This document shows positions 32,690-42,009 of a DNA stretch of 64,000 nucleotides, piece after piece. The stretch spans positions 2,231-66,230 of the forward strand of contig DATLZA010000060.1 of the NCBI GenBank assembly GCA_035574235.1, read 5' to 3'. This DNA is from Planctomycetota bacterium (GTDB lineage Bacteria > Planctomycetota > MHYJ01 > JACPRB01). The notes below the pieces were generated by a model. The model was not told the origin of the DNA. It made no database searches and saw only the letters and a list, made by a program, of their open reading frames with translations. The translations under genes were made by a program, and so were the position numbers. Within the stretch, counting starts at the first letter, position 1, and each line of letters opens with the position of its first letter.

Positions 32690-32970
32690 GGCGCGCTGGG
32701 CCGGGGAAGTAGCGGTGCCTCCGCCCGAAAGGGTGCCTCAACCCGCTTCAGAGGGGTCGACCGCTTCCCCGAGGCCGTCCGGCGTGTGCAGCGCACGGGC
32801 ACGTGGCGTCGATCCGGGCGTCCGGTGCAACTTGGGTGCGGTGAACCCCGCCAGGTCCGGAAGGAAGCAACGGTAGCCGATTGCCCTCGTGTGCCGCCGG
32901 GTTGCGTCCGGGGAGCCGGCGACCCGGAAGCGGGCCCATGTTGGGACGGTCGAAGGGAAGCTGCGCGCCT
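32690..32970 (+). ncRNA. ffs: Signal recognition particle RNA, long form with Alu domain (Bacillus-type scRNA-like)
   Basis: Domain IV core CCAGGTCCGGAAGGAAGCAAC...GTGTGCCGCCGGGTTGC at 32851-32905. Alu-domain-like GGGGAAGTAGCGGTGCC at 32703-32719. The 5' GGCGCGC-TGGGCC pairs with the 3' GGGCCCA...GCGCGCC (32963-32969). A T-run follows. Ends are approximate, within about 10 nt. Confidence 0.8.
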
Positions 32971-32976
32971 ATTTTT

Positions 32977-34239
32977 TTATTCCGGCTTCGGGAGCTCCAC
33001 CGGCCGGGGCACTTCCGTCACGGGCGCCAGGGACGGCACGTCCTTGTCCGCGGCGATCCCCAAGTCCTTCATCCGCCGCGCGCGCGAAAGAACGTACCGC
33101 TCGAGGGACGCCTGCGCCGCGTTGAAGTGCTCCACCGTGTTGAAGACCGCCTCGCGAAGCTTGGAAAGATGCCGCGCCCAGACCTCCACGCTCTCGAAGA
33201 GCTTGCGCCCGAGATCGGCCACCTCCTGCGCGTTTCTCGCCAGCCGCTCCTGGCGCCACCCGTAGGCCACCGCCTTCAGGAGCGCCACGAGCGTCGTCGG
33301 CGTGGCCACGACCACCCGCTGGGCCAGAGCCTCCTCGAGGAGGTCCGGGGCCTGCTGGACGGCGGCCGCCAGAAACGGCTCCCCCGGCACGAAAAGCACC
33401 ACGAACTCCGCCGACTGCGCGACAAGCTCCCAGTAGCGCTTGCCCGACAGGACCCGCACCCGCTCCCGAAGATGGGCCGCGTGCCGGCGGAGCGCGGCCT
33501 GGCGCGCCTCCTCCGCCGGAGCCTCGAGCGCTTCGAGATACGCCGAAAGGACCGCCTTCGCGTCCACGACGATCTCCCGCCGGTTCGGAAGGTGCACCAC
33601 GAGATCCGGCCGCAGGGTTCCCCCTTCCCCCTCGGCCGCGGCCTGCTCGGTGAAATCGCAGTGCTCCGAAAGGCCCGCCAGCTCGACCACCCGCCGGAGT
33701 GTGATCTCGCCCCAGCGGCCCCGCACGTGGGGCTGCCGGAGCGCCGAGACGAGGTTCCCCGTCTCCAGCCGCAGCTTTTCCTGCGTCGCCGCCACGGACT
33801 GAAGCTGCTGCGCCAGCTCCCCGTACGCCTTCTGGCGCTCGCGCTCGAGGGTGTCGGCCTTTTCCTGGTACCGGCGGAGCGACTCCTGAATGGGTTTGAC
33901 GAGATCCTCGACCGCCTTCTTGCGCAGCTCGATGTCCCCGGTCGCCTGCGCAAGGTAGCCTTTCAACGTCTGCTCGGCGAGTTTGAGAAACGCCTCGTTG
34001 TTCGTCCGGAGCGCCTCGCCGGCCATCGCGCGGAAGGCGTCGGCGAGTTTGCGCTCCGCCTCCTCGAGAAGGCGCTTCTGCTCGGCCCCATGGCGCTCGC
34101 TTTCGGCCAGGCGCTCCTCCAGCCGCGCGCGCTCCTCCCCCGCCGCCGCGCGCAGCTCCGCCTCCCGGGCCTTGCGGATGAACCACGCCACGGCCGCTCC
34201 CGCCGCCGCCCCGACCGCCGCCCACGCGAGTTCCATCAT
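32977..34239 (-). CDS. rmuC: DNA recombination protein RmuC
   Basis: N-terminal TM segment, long coiled-coil, and a C-terminal PD-(D/E)xK-like region (RPDLVVHLPNRREIVVDAK) typical of RmuC. Confidence 0.8.
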   Translation of the reverse strand: MMELAWAAVGAAAGAAVAWFIRKAREAELRAAAGEERARLEERLAESERHGAEQKRLLEEAERKLADAFRAMAGEALRTNNEAFLKLAEQTLKGYLAQATGDIELRKKAVEDLVKPIQESLRRYQEKADTLERERQKAYGELAQQLQSVAATQEKLRLETGNLVSALRQPHVRGRWGEITLRRVVELAGLSEHCDFTEQAAAEGEGGTLRPDLVVHLPNRREIVVDAKAVLSAYLEALEAPAEEARQAALRRHAAHLRERVRVLSGKRYWELVAQSAEFVVLFVPGEPFLAAAVQQAPDLLEEALAQRVVVATPTTLVALLKAVAYGWRQERLARNAQEVADLGRKLFESVEVWARHLSKLREAVFNTVEHFNAAQASLERYVLSRARRMKDLGIAADKDVPSLAPVTEVPRPVELPKPE

Positions 34240-37082
34240 GCCCTCCCTCCCGGCGGCCGCGCCGCCTCCACCTCCACCATCCGCCCCCTCCGGAGATCGA
34301 TCAGCCGGAAGCGCGGCCGCGTCCCGGGGAAAATCCTCCGCGCCGCTTCCGTGTAGAGATCCCGGATCAGCTCGTACTCCCCGGGTTCGAGCATCTTATC
34401 GGTCTTGTAGTCCCCCACGTAGAGAATTCCGTTTTTCCGGTAGACCACGTCCAGGACGCCCTGGACGACCTGGCCGCCCCGCGGAAAGAGAAACGGAAGC
34501 TCCCGCGCCAGGATCTCGGAAGAGGCCAGCTCCCGGAAGGCCTCGCTCCGGAAGAAGCGCTCCAGAATCCGGGCCGCCTCGGGCGGAACGCCCTCGGGCA
34601 CCTCGGGGCGCGAAAAATCGAGCGCCTCCAGGACACGGTGGCAGACGCGGCCGATCTCGATCGCCTCCTCGGCCGGCGCCCGCGGCTCTCCTTCGGAGGT
34701 CTCCTCGAGCCGCGTGGGACTCGTGAACCGCTCGGGCACGGACGCCCGCCGCTCGCGCGCCCGCCAGCGGGCCGCCAGACCCTCGAAGTCCGGACGCTCC
34801 GGCTCCGCCGGCGCGGGCGGCGCCGTCAGGACCGGCCGCCGGTACGGCACCCGCGTCACGCGGGCCTGCCGCTCGAGATCGGGCAGCAGCATCGAAAGGT
34901 AAGTCTCCCCCCGGACCCGCACCCCTCCCGTCAGCACCAGGACCTCCCGCGCCCGGGTCATGCCCACGTAGAGGATGCGCCGCAGCTCCTCCCGGCGGCG
35001 CTCGCGGTCCAGCCAGGACAAAGCCGCCCCGCCCGCGTCGCAGACCGCCCCCAGCCGAATCCCCCGCGTCCGCGTGGGCCAGTCGTAGCGCACCACGGGC
35101 TCCCCGCGCGTCCCGCCGAATTCGCGGTGAAGGTCCGGAAGAAACACCACCGGAAACTCCAGTCCTTTGGCGCGGTGAATGGAAAGCACCCGAACGGCGT
35201 CCAGGGTCTCGTCCGCCAGGGGACTCTCGCCTTCCTCCTCCAGCTCCCGGATCGCGCGGCCGGCCCGGACGAGAAACTCGCGAAGCGTGCCGCCTTCCTG
35301 CGCCTCGAAATCCGCCGCCTTGCGGCGAAGTTTGAGGAGGTTGGCCACGGCCTGCTCGCCGTGGTAGCCCGCGCGGGCGATCTCGAGCGCGTAACTCTCC
35401 TCGAAGATGAGGTCGATGAGCTCGGCCACGCCGCGGCGCCCGGCTTCCTCGTTCCAGCGCCTCAGGAATCCGAACAGCGGCAGATCCGACGCCCTCCGGT
35501 AGTCCAGTTCCCGGCGCCGCTCGTAGAGCTCCTGGTCGGAAAGCGCGCCGTACGGGGACCGGAGCACGGCCGCCAGCGCCACGCGATCGTGCGGATAGGC
35601 GACCGCCCGCAGGAGATTCACGAAATCGACCACTTCCGGCGTCCCGTAGAAATACTTCTCGCCCTCGATCACGTAGGGAATCCCCCGGCCGCGAAGCGCC
35701 TCGAGATACAGATTCGCGTCCGACAGCGCCCTCAGGAGAATCGCCACGTCCCGGTAGCGCACGTCCCGCCGGGAGGCGATCCACCCCGCGATCGCCTCGG
35801 CCTCCGCCTCGCGGGCCTCTTCCGCCCCCGCGTCCTCGATCAGGATCGCCTCGATCGTGGGCTCCGGGAAAGCGGGCCGGCGTCCCTCCGGGCACTCCAC
35901 GGGCTCATAGGCCGGCTGAAGCTGCCGGTGGGACGCGATGAGCCGGCCGAACACCTCGTTGACGAAGCTCAGGATCCTGCCGTGGCTCCGGAAATTCGTC
36001 CGCAGAACCGCCCGCTCGCCGCCTTCCTCGAGAATGCGGTCCACGAACCGGTGGTAGGCCACGATGTCCGCCCCGCGGAAACTGTAGATCGACTGCTTGG
36101 GGTCGCCCACGACGAGGATGCGGCCGGGAGCCAGCCGCCCGTCCGGCCCCTCGGCGAGCTTCTGGAGGATCGCGCCCTGAAGCGGATCCGTGTCCTGGAA
36201 CTCGTCCACGAGAATGAACCGGTAGCGGTTCCGCAGGAACTCCAGAACCTCCGGGAACTCGGGATTGGAAAGAAGATCGTGAACCAGCGCGAGCATCGCG
36301 TCGAAGGTCACGTACCCGGCGCGCAGGTAGTCGCGCCGGAACTCGCGGGCGAATTCGGAAACGAGCGCCGTCGCGCGACCGACGAGCCCCTCGTCGATCG
36401 AAGCCATGTCCCGCGCCAGGCGCCACGCGCTCTTTTCGCGAGGCGACGCCCCGGCGCGGCACCGGGCCGGGACCGGCGCCTTTCCGGTCAGGGCGTCGGC
36501 CAGGGCCGGAGCGGCGAGGGCCGCCTCCCGGGCGAATTCCCGCAGGGTCGCCGCCCCGTCTCCGGGCTCGTCGAGCGGCACGCCGAAAGACGAAAGCCCC
36601 CAGGCCAGCTCGCGCAGCGTCTCGAGGTCCACCTTCGAGAGGACGGTCTTCCACGCGCGCGGCCGGCGCGCGGCCGATCCCAGCTCGCGGTCGAGCCACC
36701 GGGGCCAGGCGCGCTCGAAGCGGACGCGGAACACGGCCCCCTCGTCCACCCGGAAGTCCGGGGCCACGCCCGCCTCCACGGGAAAGCGCCGCAGGACGTG
36801 GGCGCAGAAGCTGTGGATCGTCCCGATCTCCGCGCGGTCGAGGGCGGCCGCCCGCCCTTCCTCTCCGAGACGCCGCCGGAGGCGCTCGCGCAGCTCGGTG
36901 GCCGCCTTCTCGGTGAACGTGAGGGCGAGGAGGTTCTCCAGGGGCAACCCCTCCACGACCACCTTGTGGACGATCTTGTCCACGAGAAGCGTGGTCTTCC
37001 CCGTTCCCGCGCCCGCCGTGACGGCGAGATTCCGGGTCGATGCGATGACGCGGTCTCGCTCCGCCTGGTCCCCGGGACGCAT
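34236..37082 (-). CDS. addA: UvrD/AddA-type ATP-dependent helicase-nuclease subunit A
   Basis: Walker A AGAGTGKT, UvrD-family motifs (DEFQDT, VGDPKQSIY) and a C-terminal nuclease-like domain (GVLDVVY...YVGDYKT). Confidence 0.8.
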   Translation of the reverse strand: MRPGDQAERDRVIASTRNLAVTAGAGTGKTTLLVDKIVHKVVVEGLPLENLLALTFTEKAATELRERLRRRLGEEGRAAALDRAEIGTIHSFCAHVLRRFPVEAGVAPDFRVDEGAVFRVRFERAWPRWLDRELGSAARRPRAWKTVLSKVDLETLRELAWGLSSFGVPLDEPGDGAATLREFAREAALAAPALADALTGKAPVPARCRAGASPREKSAWRLARDMASIDEGLVGRATALVSEFAREFRRDYLRAGYVTFDAMLALVHDLLSNPEFPEVLEFLRNRYRFILVDEFQDTDPLQGAILQKLAEGPDGRLAPGRILVVGDPKQSIYSFRGADIVAYHRFVDRILEEGGERAVLRTNFRSHGRILSFVNEVFGRLIASHRQLQPAYEPVECPEGRRPAFPEPTIEAILIEDAGAEEAREAEAEAIAGWIASRRDVRYRDVAILLRALSDANLYLEALRGRGIPYVIEGEKYFYGTPEVVDFVNLLRAVAYPHDRVALAAVLRSPYGALSDQELYERRRELDYRRASDLPLFGFLRRWNEEAGRRGVAELIDLIFEESYALEIARAGYHGEQAVANLLKLRRKAADFEAQEGGTLREFLVRAGRAIRELEEEGESPLADETLDAVRVLSIHRAKGLEFPVVFLPDLHREFGGTRGEPVVRYDWPTRTRGIRLGAVCDAGGAALSWLDRERRREELRRILYVGMTRAREVLVLTGGVRVRGETYLSMLLPDLERQARVTRVPYRRPVLTAPPAPAEPERPDFEGLAARWRARERRASVPERFTSPTRLEETSEGEPRAPAEEAIEIGRVCHRVLEALDFSRPEVPEGVPPEAARILERFFRSEAFRELASSEILARELPFLFPRGGQVVQGVLDVVYRKNGILYVGDYKTDKMLEPGEYELIRDLYTEAARRIFPGTRPRFRLIDLRRGRMVEVEAARPPGGRA

Positions 37083-37124
37083 GCCCCCTTCCCTACGATC
37101 GAAGTTCCCGAACCGATCCCGCCC

Positions 37125-40004
37125 CTATGCCTCCGGCGTCGCCCGGCGCTCGTGCTCCTCGGCCCTCCAGCGGGTCGGGAGGTGCGACTTGCGGCACATC
37201 GTCCCGTACGGACAGGTGCCGCAGTGCCAGCCCACACGGATGGGAAACTCCCCGCGCGCCACGCGATCCAGAAGCCGCGCCAGGAGCGCCTCGAATTCGG
37301 CGCGCCGATCCCAGAGGGCGCCGTCGAATTCGAGAACGCCGTCCTCTCCGCGCGCCATCTCCTCGAGGAAGTAATACACGAACCGCGAGCGGCGCCGGTC
37401 GGCCCCCGGGAAGCGCTCCGCGGCCATGACGAAATAAAGAGGCGCCTGAAGGTATCGGCCCTTCTTGAAGACGCCCGTCTCGATGGAATCCGAGTAGCGG
37501 CTCCGGCTGCGCTTGTAGTCCACGACGCGGAAGGCGCCCCGGTCGTCCAGATCCAGGCGGTCGGCGAAACCGCGGAAGGCCACCGAGCGGCGCCCGCCCA
37601 CGGCCAGGGGAAGTTCCCCCCGCAGCTCCGTCTCGAAGTCCCGCGGCTTGAACGTCGAGACGTCGTCCGCCCGGACGAAGGCCTCGAGCACCTTCCGGAT
37701 CGCTTCCTTCTCCACCTCCCAGAGGACGGGATACCGGATCGCGCGGGACTCCTCCACGCGCCGGAATCCCTCCTCGAGCGCCCGGGCCAGGTCGCCTCCC
37801 CGGTAATAACGCTCCAGGATATCGTGGTAAAGGTTCCCCGCGTCCAGCGCCGTCAGGGCCGTCTCCCCCTCCGGCTCTTCGAGCTCCTCGAGATCGAGGA
37901 TCTGCGAGGCGAAGTAACGGAACGGGCAATCGGCCAGGCGTTCGAGCGCCGTGGGGGAGAATCCCGCGGCGGCGACGGCGTTCCAGTACGGTCCCGCGTC
38001 GATCGTTCCGTCATAGGGCGTCAGCGGCCCGCGCGACTCGATCGCCCGCAGGAAAGAGAGCCCGTTCACGAGCATGGTGACGTCCCAGCCCAGCGCCCGG
38101 CCCAGCGCCTCGCCCTGGCCCGTGCGCAAGGACGCTTCCCGGGGCGTCAGAAGCTCGAAGGGCGTCTCCCGGAGGCGCTCGGCGGGCCGGCGGGGCACGG
38201 GGCGGACCGGACCTTCGGGAAGGAAGCTCGAGGGGATCTGAAGTCGGCCCTGTTCGTCGGAGCGCTGGTAGGAAAGGACGATTTCGTCGGCGGATCGCCG
38301 GAGCAGGAAGAAAAGAAGCGTCTCCTCCTCGTAGCCGCGGAGCTTGCGGGGAAAGCGGCACCCCAGGCGGGCTTCGAAGCGGGCGCGGACGGCGTCGCTG
38401 AAGAAAGGATCCTCGAGAATGAAGCGCGGGAAGACGCGCTCGTTGAGTCCCAGGACGACCAGAGCGCGAAAGGAGAGGCCGCGGGCGGCCATAGCGTCGA
38501 GCACCTGGACGCCGGCGGCGCCGCCGGCGGGCTCCGCGAGCCGGGCGAGCTGTTCGAGGAGAACCTCGAGAGGCTCCTCGAACGCCAGTCCCTCGAGGGC
38601 GGCCAGGCCCTCGACGGCGGCTTCGACGCGCGGGTCGGGGTGCAGGAAGCGGCGCAGGCGCTCGAGCGCCCACGAGGCGAAATCCGCCCAGCCGCCGGTC
38701 GGAGGCGGAGGAGCCTCGAGCAGTCCCCGGACGGATTCCCAGAAAAGGTCCACTTCCGAGCGCGGCAGGACGAACGGGCGCTTGCCGGCCCGGGCGCCGC
38801 GGTCGCACACGTAGTCCTTCCCGGCGGCCCCGCCGAGGCGGCGGCGCCAGACGTCCGCCCCGCGGCCGATGCCCATGAGACGCGAAGCCTGGTCCCAGAG
38901 ATCCGGATCTCCTCCGGGGCGGCGGAAGAAGGGCGAGCGCAGGAGGTCCAGGACGTCCGCGCGGTCGAAATCCTCGAGCGAAAAAAGCAGGCGGGCCGCC
39001 TTGACGCGCGGATCGCGGTCCAGCCGCCGGCGGGCGCTGGACGTGTAGGGGATCCGATGTTCGCGGAAGACGGCGTCCACGAGGTCCGCGTACGGCTCCA
39101 GCGTCCGCGCGACGACTCCGATTTCATCGTAAGGGATTCCCTGGTCGGCCCATCGGAGGATTTCCTTGGCCGCCGCCCAGACTTCGTCGTGGGCGCCGGA
39201 GGCCGAAATCTGCGAGACCTTAGGCCGGGGCTCGTCGGCGGGAAGGTCGCGCCGGGCGCGCGCCAGGGGGGCGATGAAGGCGTCCAGGAACTCCCGCGCG
39301 TAGGCGTACTCCGGCCGGTCCTCGCAGGGAAAGAAGCACGTCACCTCCGTGCGCCGGCGGACCTCGCGGAAGAGATCGATCTGGTTCTGGTCGAGCTCGT
39401 AGAAGCCGTAGTAGAGGACGTGGCGGAGCGAGCCGAGGAAAGCGGACGCGGGAGCGTGTTCGGCGGCGCGGCGGATGACGTCGGCGCGCACATGGAGTTT
39501 GCGGCGGCGGAGCTCTTCCGAGTAGCGCTTGTAGAGGGACAGAAGCTCGGCCAGCTTGGGGGCCTCCTCGAGTCCCAGTTCCTCTTCGGCCAGCAGGGCG
39601 AGGGCCGCATCCGGTTCGACCGCGGCGGCCTTGAGTTCGTGGAGGGCGCCGACGAGGGCGCCGGGCGAATGGGCGCGGGAGAGGTAGCGTTCGCCGGCGA
39701 AATGGCGGCGGAGGATCGCGCGCAGGAGGCGGGAGGGGACCAGATCGTCCAGAAGAACGCGGGCTCCCTCGGGGGCGGATTCCTCGTACAGGCGGCGCGC
39801 GAAGGAGAAGAGGTTGAAGAACCGCGCGGCGGCGAACCCCTCCGGGACCGCCTCGAGGGCCAGGAGTTTGAGTCGATCGGCCAGCCGCCGCGAGGGGGCG
39901 ACGACCGCCAGGGGAGCCAGGGGCTCCTGGCGCCGCAGGCGGCGGAAGGTCTCGACGAAGGCGCTCTCGAGCGCCGGGCGGAAGGGGCCGACGACGAGGT
40001 CCAT
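37125..40004 (-). CDS. addB: AddB-type helicase-nuclease subunit B (PD-(D/E)XK nuclease with Fe-S cysteines)
   Basis: C-terminal GFADRLD...VVDYK nuclease motif and CGTCPYGTMC (CxxCx5C) cluster, as in AddB. Adjacent to addA. Confidence 0.7.
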   Translation of the reverse strand: MDLVVGPFRPALESAFVETFRRLRRQEPLAPLAVVAPSRRLADRLKLLALEAVPEGFAAARFFNLFSFARRLYEESAPEGARVLLDDLVPSRLLRAILRRHFAGERYLSRAHSPGALVGALHELKAAAVEPDAALALLAEEELGLEEAPKLAELLSLYKRYSEELRRRKLHVRADVIRRAAEHAPASAFLGSLRHVLYYGFYELDQNQIDLFREVRRRTEVTCFFPCEDRPEYAYAREFLDAFIAPLARARRDLPADEPRPKVSQISASGAHDEVWAAAKEILRWADQGIPYDEIGVVARTLEPYADLVDAVFREHRIPYTSSARRRLDRDPRVKAARLLFSLEDFDRADVLDLLRSPFFRRPGGDPDLWDQASRLMGIGRGADVWRRRLGGAAGKDYVCDRGARAGKRPFVLPRSEVDLFWESVRGLLEAPPPPTGGWADFASWALERLRRFLHPDPRVEAAVEGLAALEGLAFEEPLEVLLEQLARLAEPAGGAAGVQVLDAMAARGLSFRALVVLGLNERVFPRFILEDPFFSDAVRARFEARLGCRFPRKLRGYEEETLLFFLLRRSADEIVLSYQRSDEQGRLQIPSSFLPEGPVRPVPRRPAERLRETPFELLTPREASLRTGQGEALGRALGWDVTMLVNGLSFLRAIESRGPLTPYDGTIDAGPYWNAVAAAGFSPTALERLADCPFRYFASQILDLEELEEPEGETALTALDAGNLYHDILERYYRGGDLARALEEGFRRVEESRAIRYPVLWEVEKEAIRKVLEAFVRADDVSTFKPRDFETELRGELPLAVGGRRSVAFRGFADRLDLDDRGAFRVVDYKRSRSRYSDSIETGVFKKGRYLQAPLYFVMAAERFPGADRRRSRFVYYFLEEMARGEDGVLEFDGALWDRRAEFEALLARLLDRVARGEFPIRVGWHCGTCPYGTMCRKSHLPTRWRAEEHERRATPEA

Positions 40005-40086
40005 CCGGGTAAGTGTACGCGACGGGCGTCTCTTCCGGGCAGAATACGTCGCGCGCCGGAGCCGTCAAGAAAGCGGCGCGCGTCCC

Positions 40087-40326
40087 TCAGCAGGCCCGCC
40101 GGTCGGCGCGGCCTTCCTTGGCCTGGAGGAGCACGTCCTCGAAGGGAAGACGGGTGAGGTCTTCGAGGCAGGTGAGATTCGTGCAGAACCCGGAATTGCG
40201 CAGGACGTCCGTGACGCGGTCCGGCGTGTCGTAGACCTCGCCGCAGGACGGGCAAATGATCGAAGCCGATCCGCCGTGCGTATCCACCGATCCCCCGGTC
40301 GCGTTCATGCCCCTCTCCTCCCGCAA
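40087..40326 (-). CDS. Small Cys-containing hypothetical protein
   Basis: 79-aa ORF containing ICPSCGEVYD and a later FCTNLTC. High GC3, consistent with local coding bias. No family recognised. Confidence 0.35.
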   Translation of the reverse strand: MREERGMNATGGSVDTHGGSASIICPSCGEVYDTPDRVTDVLRNSGFCTNLTCLEDLTRLPFEDVLLQAKEGRADRRAC

Positions 40327-40474
40327 AAGACACGGAAATTTTGCCTCCGGCGGATTTCGAGATCAAGGAGAAAATGGACGCCCCGGAAGATCTCTTGAAA
40401 ACCCGGCCGGGAAGGATAAACTACGGAACGTTCGCGGCCGTCCGAGGCCCGCGGAGCCCGCCGTCCTCGGACCC

Positions 40475-40551
40475 GTGCCCGTAGCTCAACTGGATAGAGC
40501 GTCTGGCTACGAACCAGAAGGCTGCAGGTTCAAGTCCTGCCGGGCACACCA
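40475..40551 (+). tRNA. tRNA-Arg (anticodon ACG), CCA encoded
   Basis: GTGCCCG-TA-GCTC AACTGGATA GAGC-G-TCTGG CTACGAA CCAGA-AGGCT-GCAGG TTCAAGT CCTGC-CGGGCAC-A-CCA. Confidence 0.9.
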
Positions 40552-40574
40552 CCTCGACGCCGTCCGCCGCGGCT

Positions 40575-41993
40575 TCAGTCGGGCACTTTGTAGGACGCCT
40601 TGCGCCGGGACCACCAGATTCTCCATTCCTGGAAGGTCGTCCACTTCTCCCGCGTGATGGACTGCAGCGCCCTGAAGATCTCGGCGCGCATCTCGTTCAG
40701 CCGCGCCGCCGCGGCCGCCCGGTCGCCCACCCCGCGGTCGTCCCGGTAGGGTCCGGCCTGCTCCCGCTTGATCCACTTCTCCACATCCTCCCCGAGGTCG
40801 ATCAACGGCTCGATCGATTCTCGGCGACGCATCGCGCCCGCGGCGGCCACGGCCGCTTTGGCCACCCGTATGGGATCGGCCCGGAAGTGATGGTGAATCG
40901 TGGGAAGCGCCTCCTCGTCGCCCAGAGCGCTCCATCCCTCCAGAACCGCGGCCTGCACTTCGGGTTCTTTCTGGTTCGGCCCGCCCATCGCCCCGCGAAG
41001 GATCGCCGCCGCCGACGGGCGGAACCTCCCGAACTTCCCCAGCGCCCGGGCCGCCGCCGCGCGCACCCCCGGCGACGGATCCCCTCCCATGAGAATCTCA
41101 GCCAGCATCTTCAGCGTCTTCTCGTCCTGAACTCCCGCCAGTTCCGAGACGGCCGCGGCCCGGACCGGAGGCGCGGGATCCCGGAGAAGTTTCCGGAAAC
41201 GCTCCATCGCCGCTTCAACCTTCCGCGCGCGCATCTGGGCTACGGCCGCCTCGTCGACCGCCGCGCCGCCCTGCGCCAGGACGGCGATCTCCTCGCCCTC
41301 CAGCGCCCGGCCGTAGAGCCGGATGTCATCCAGCTGGCCCTGAAAGCCGCCGTGCATTCCCCCGTATCCGAACGTCAGCGGATCCGCCGAAACGGCCGGC
41401 GTTCCAGACCTTGCCGCGGAGGCGCCGAGGGATCCGTTGACGTAGACCAGGGCCGTCTGGCCCCGAACCGCACAGGCGACATGGTGCCAGGCATCCAGAC
41501 CGATGGGCGCGGAGCTCAGGAGGTTGACGATGGATTCCCCCGCTCCATTGTATTGTTGGAAGAGGATGCGGCGGGTGCCGGGCTCCAACCAGACGCCGAA
41601 CTGCCGCAGTTGCAAGTTCCCCTTTCCTACAAAGCGTACCCAGTCGGAAGGCGCCGCCGTAGCCCGAACCCAAAAGGAAACCGTAAAGTCACCGATCAGC
41701 CGCAGTGCCGGAGCGTCGGGAACAACAACCTGCGCGTTTCCCCCGGGAAACGTCATGCACCGGTCGTTCGGAAACTTGAAGGTCGGTCGAGTGCCGGGGA
41801 GAGGACCCACGGTCGTGGCGCCGTTGCGATACGTTCCGGGATGGGCGCCCGTCACGTCGGCGGCCACGCCGTCCGGCGGGGGATCCGCCTCGTCCCCCCT
41901 CCAGTACCCCACGAGGTCCTGTCGCACGGACGTCGCCCACGAGCCCGCCGCGACGGCCGCCCAGCCCGCGAGAATGCCTCCGATCAAGCCCAT
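40575..41993 (-). CDS. LamG/concanavalin-A-like lectin domain protein with C-terminal HEAT-like repeats
   Basis: LamG hallmarks: FTVSFWVRA, WHHVACAV, LVYVNG and LDDIRLYGRAL. The C-terminal half has HEAT/PBS-like repeats (DPAPPVRAAAVSELAG, DPSPGVRAAAARALG). Start moved to the ATG at 41993 (MGLIGGILAGWAAVAAG). Confidence 0.7.
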   Translation of the reverse strand: MGLIGGILAGWAAVAAGSWATSVRQDLVGYWRGDEADPPPDGVAADVTGAHPGTYRNGATTVGPLPGTRPTFKFPNDRCMTFPGGNAQVVVPDAPALRLIGDFTVSFWVRATAAPSDWVRFVGKGNLQLRQFGVWLEPGTRRILFQQYNGAGESIVNLLSSAPIGLDAWHHVACAVRGQTALVYVNGSLGASAARSGTPAVSADPLTFGYGGMHGGFQGQLDDIRLYGRALEGEEIAVLAQGGAAVDEAAVAQMRARKVEAAMERFRKLLRDPAPPVRAAAVSELAGVQDEKTLKMLAEILMGGDPSPGVRAAAARALGKFGRFRPSAAAILRGAMGGPNQKEPEVQAAVLEGWSALGDEEALPTIHHHFRADPIRVAKAAVAAAGAMRRRESIEPLIDLGEDVEKWIKREQAGPYRDDRGVGDRAAAAARLNEMRAEIFRALQSITREKWTTFQEWRIWWSRRKASYKVPD

Positions 41994-42009
41994 GGCGCGT
42001 GCGCTCGCC

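Noticed and set aside
32971-32980. The T-run after the SRP RNA, considered as a classical intrinsic terminator.
   Set aside because: No local GC hairpin immediately precedes it; the preceding GCGCGCC pairs with the RNA 5' end instead. The run also overlaps the rmuC stop codon on the other strand. It may still mark the RNA 3' end, so it is not annotated separately.
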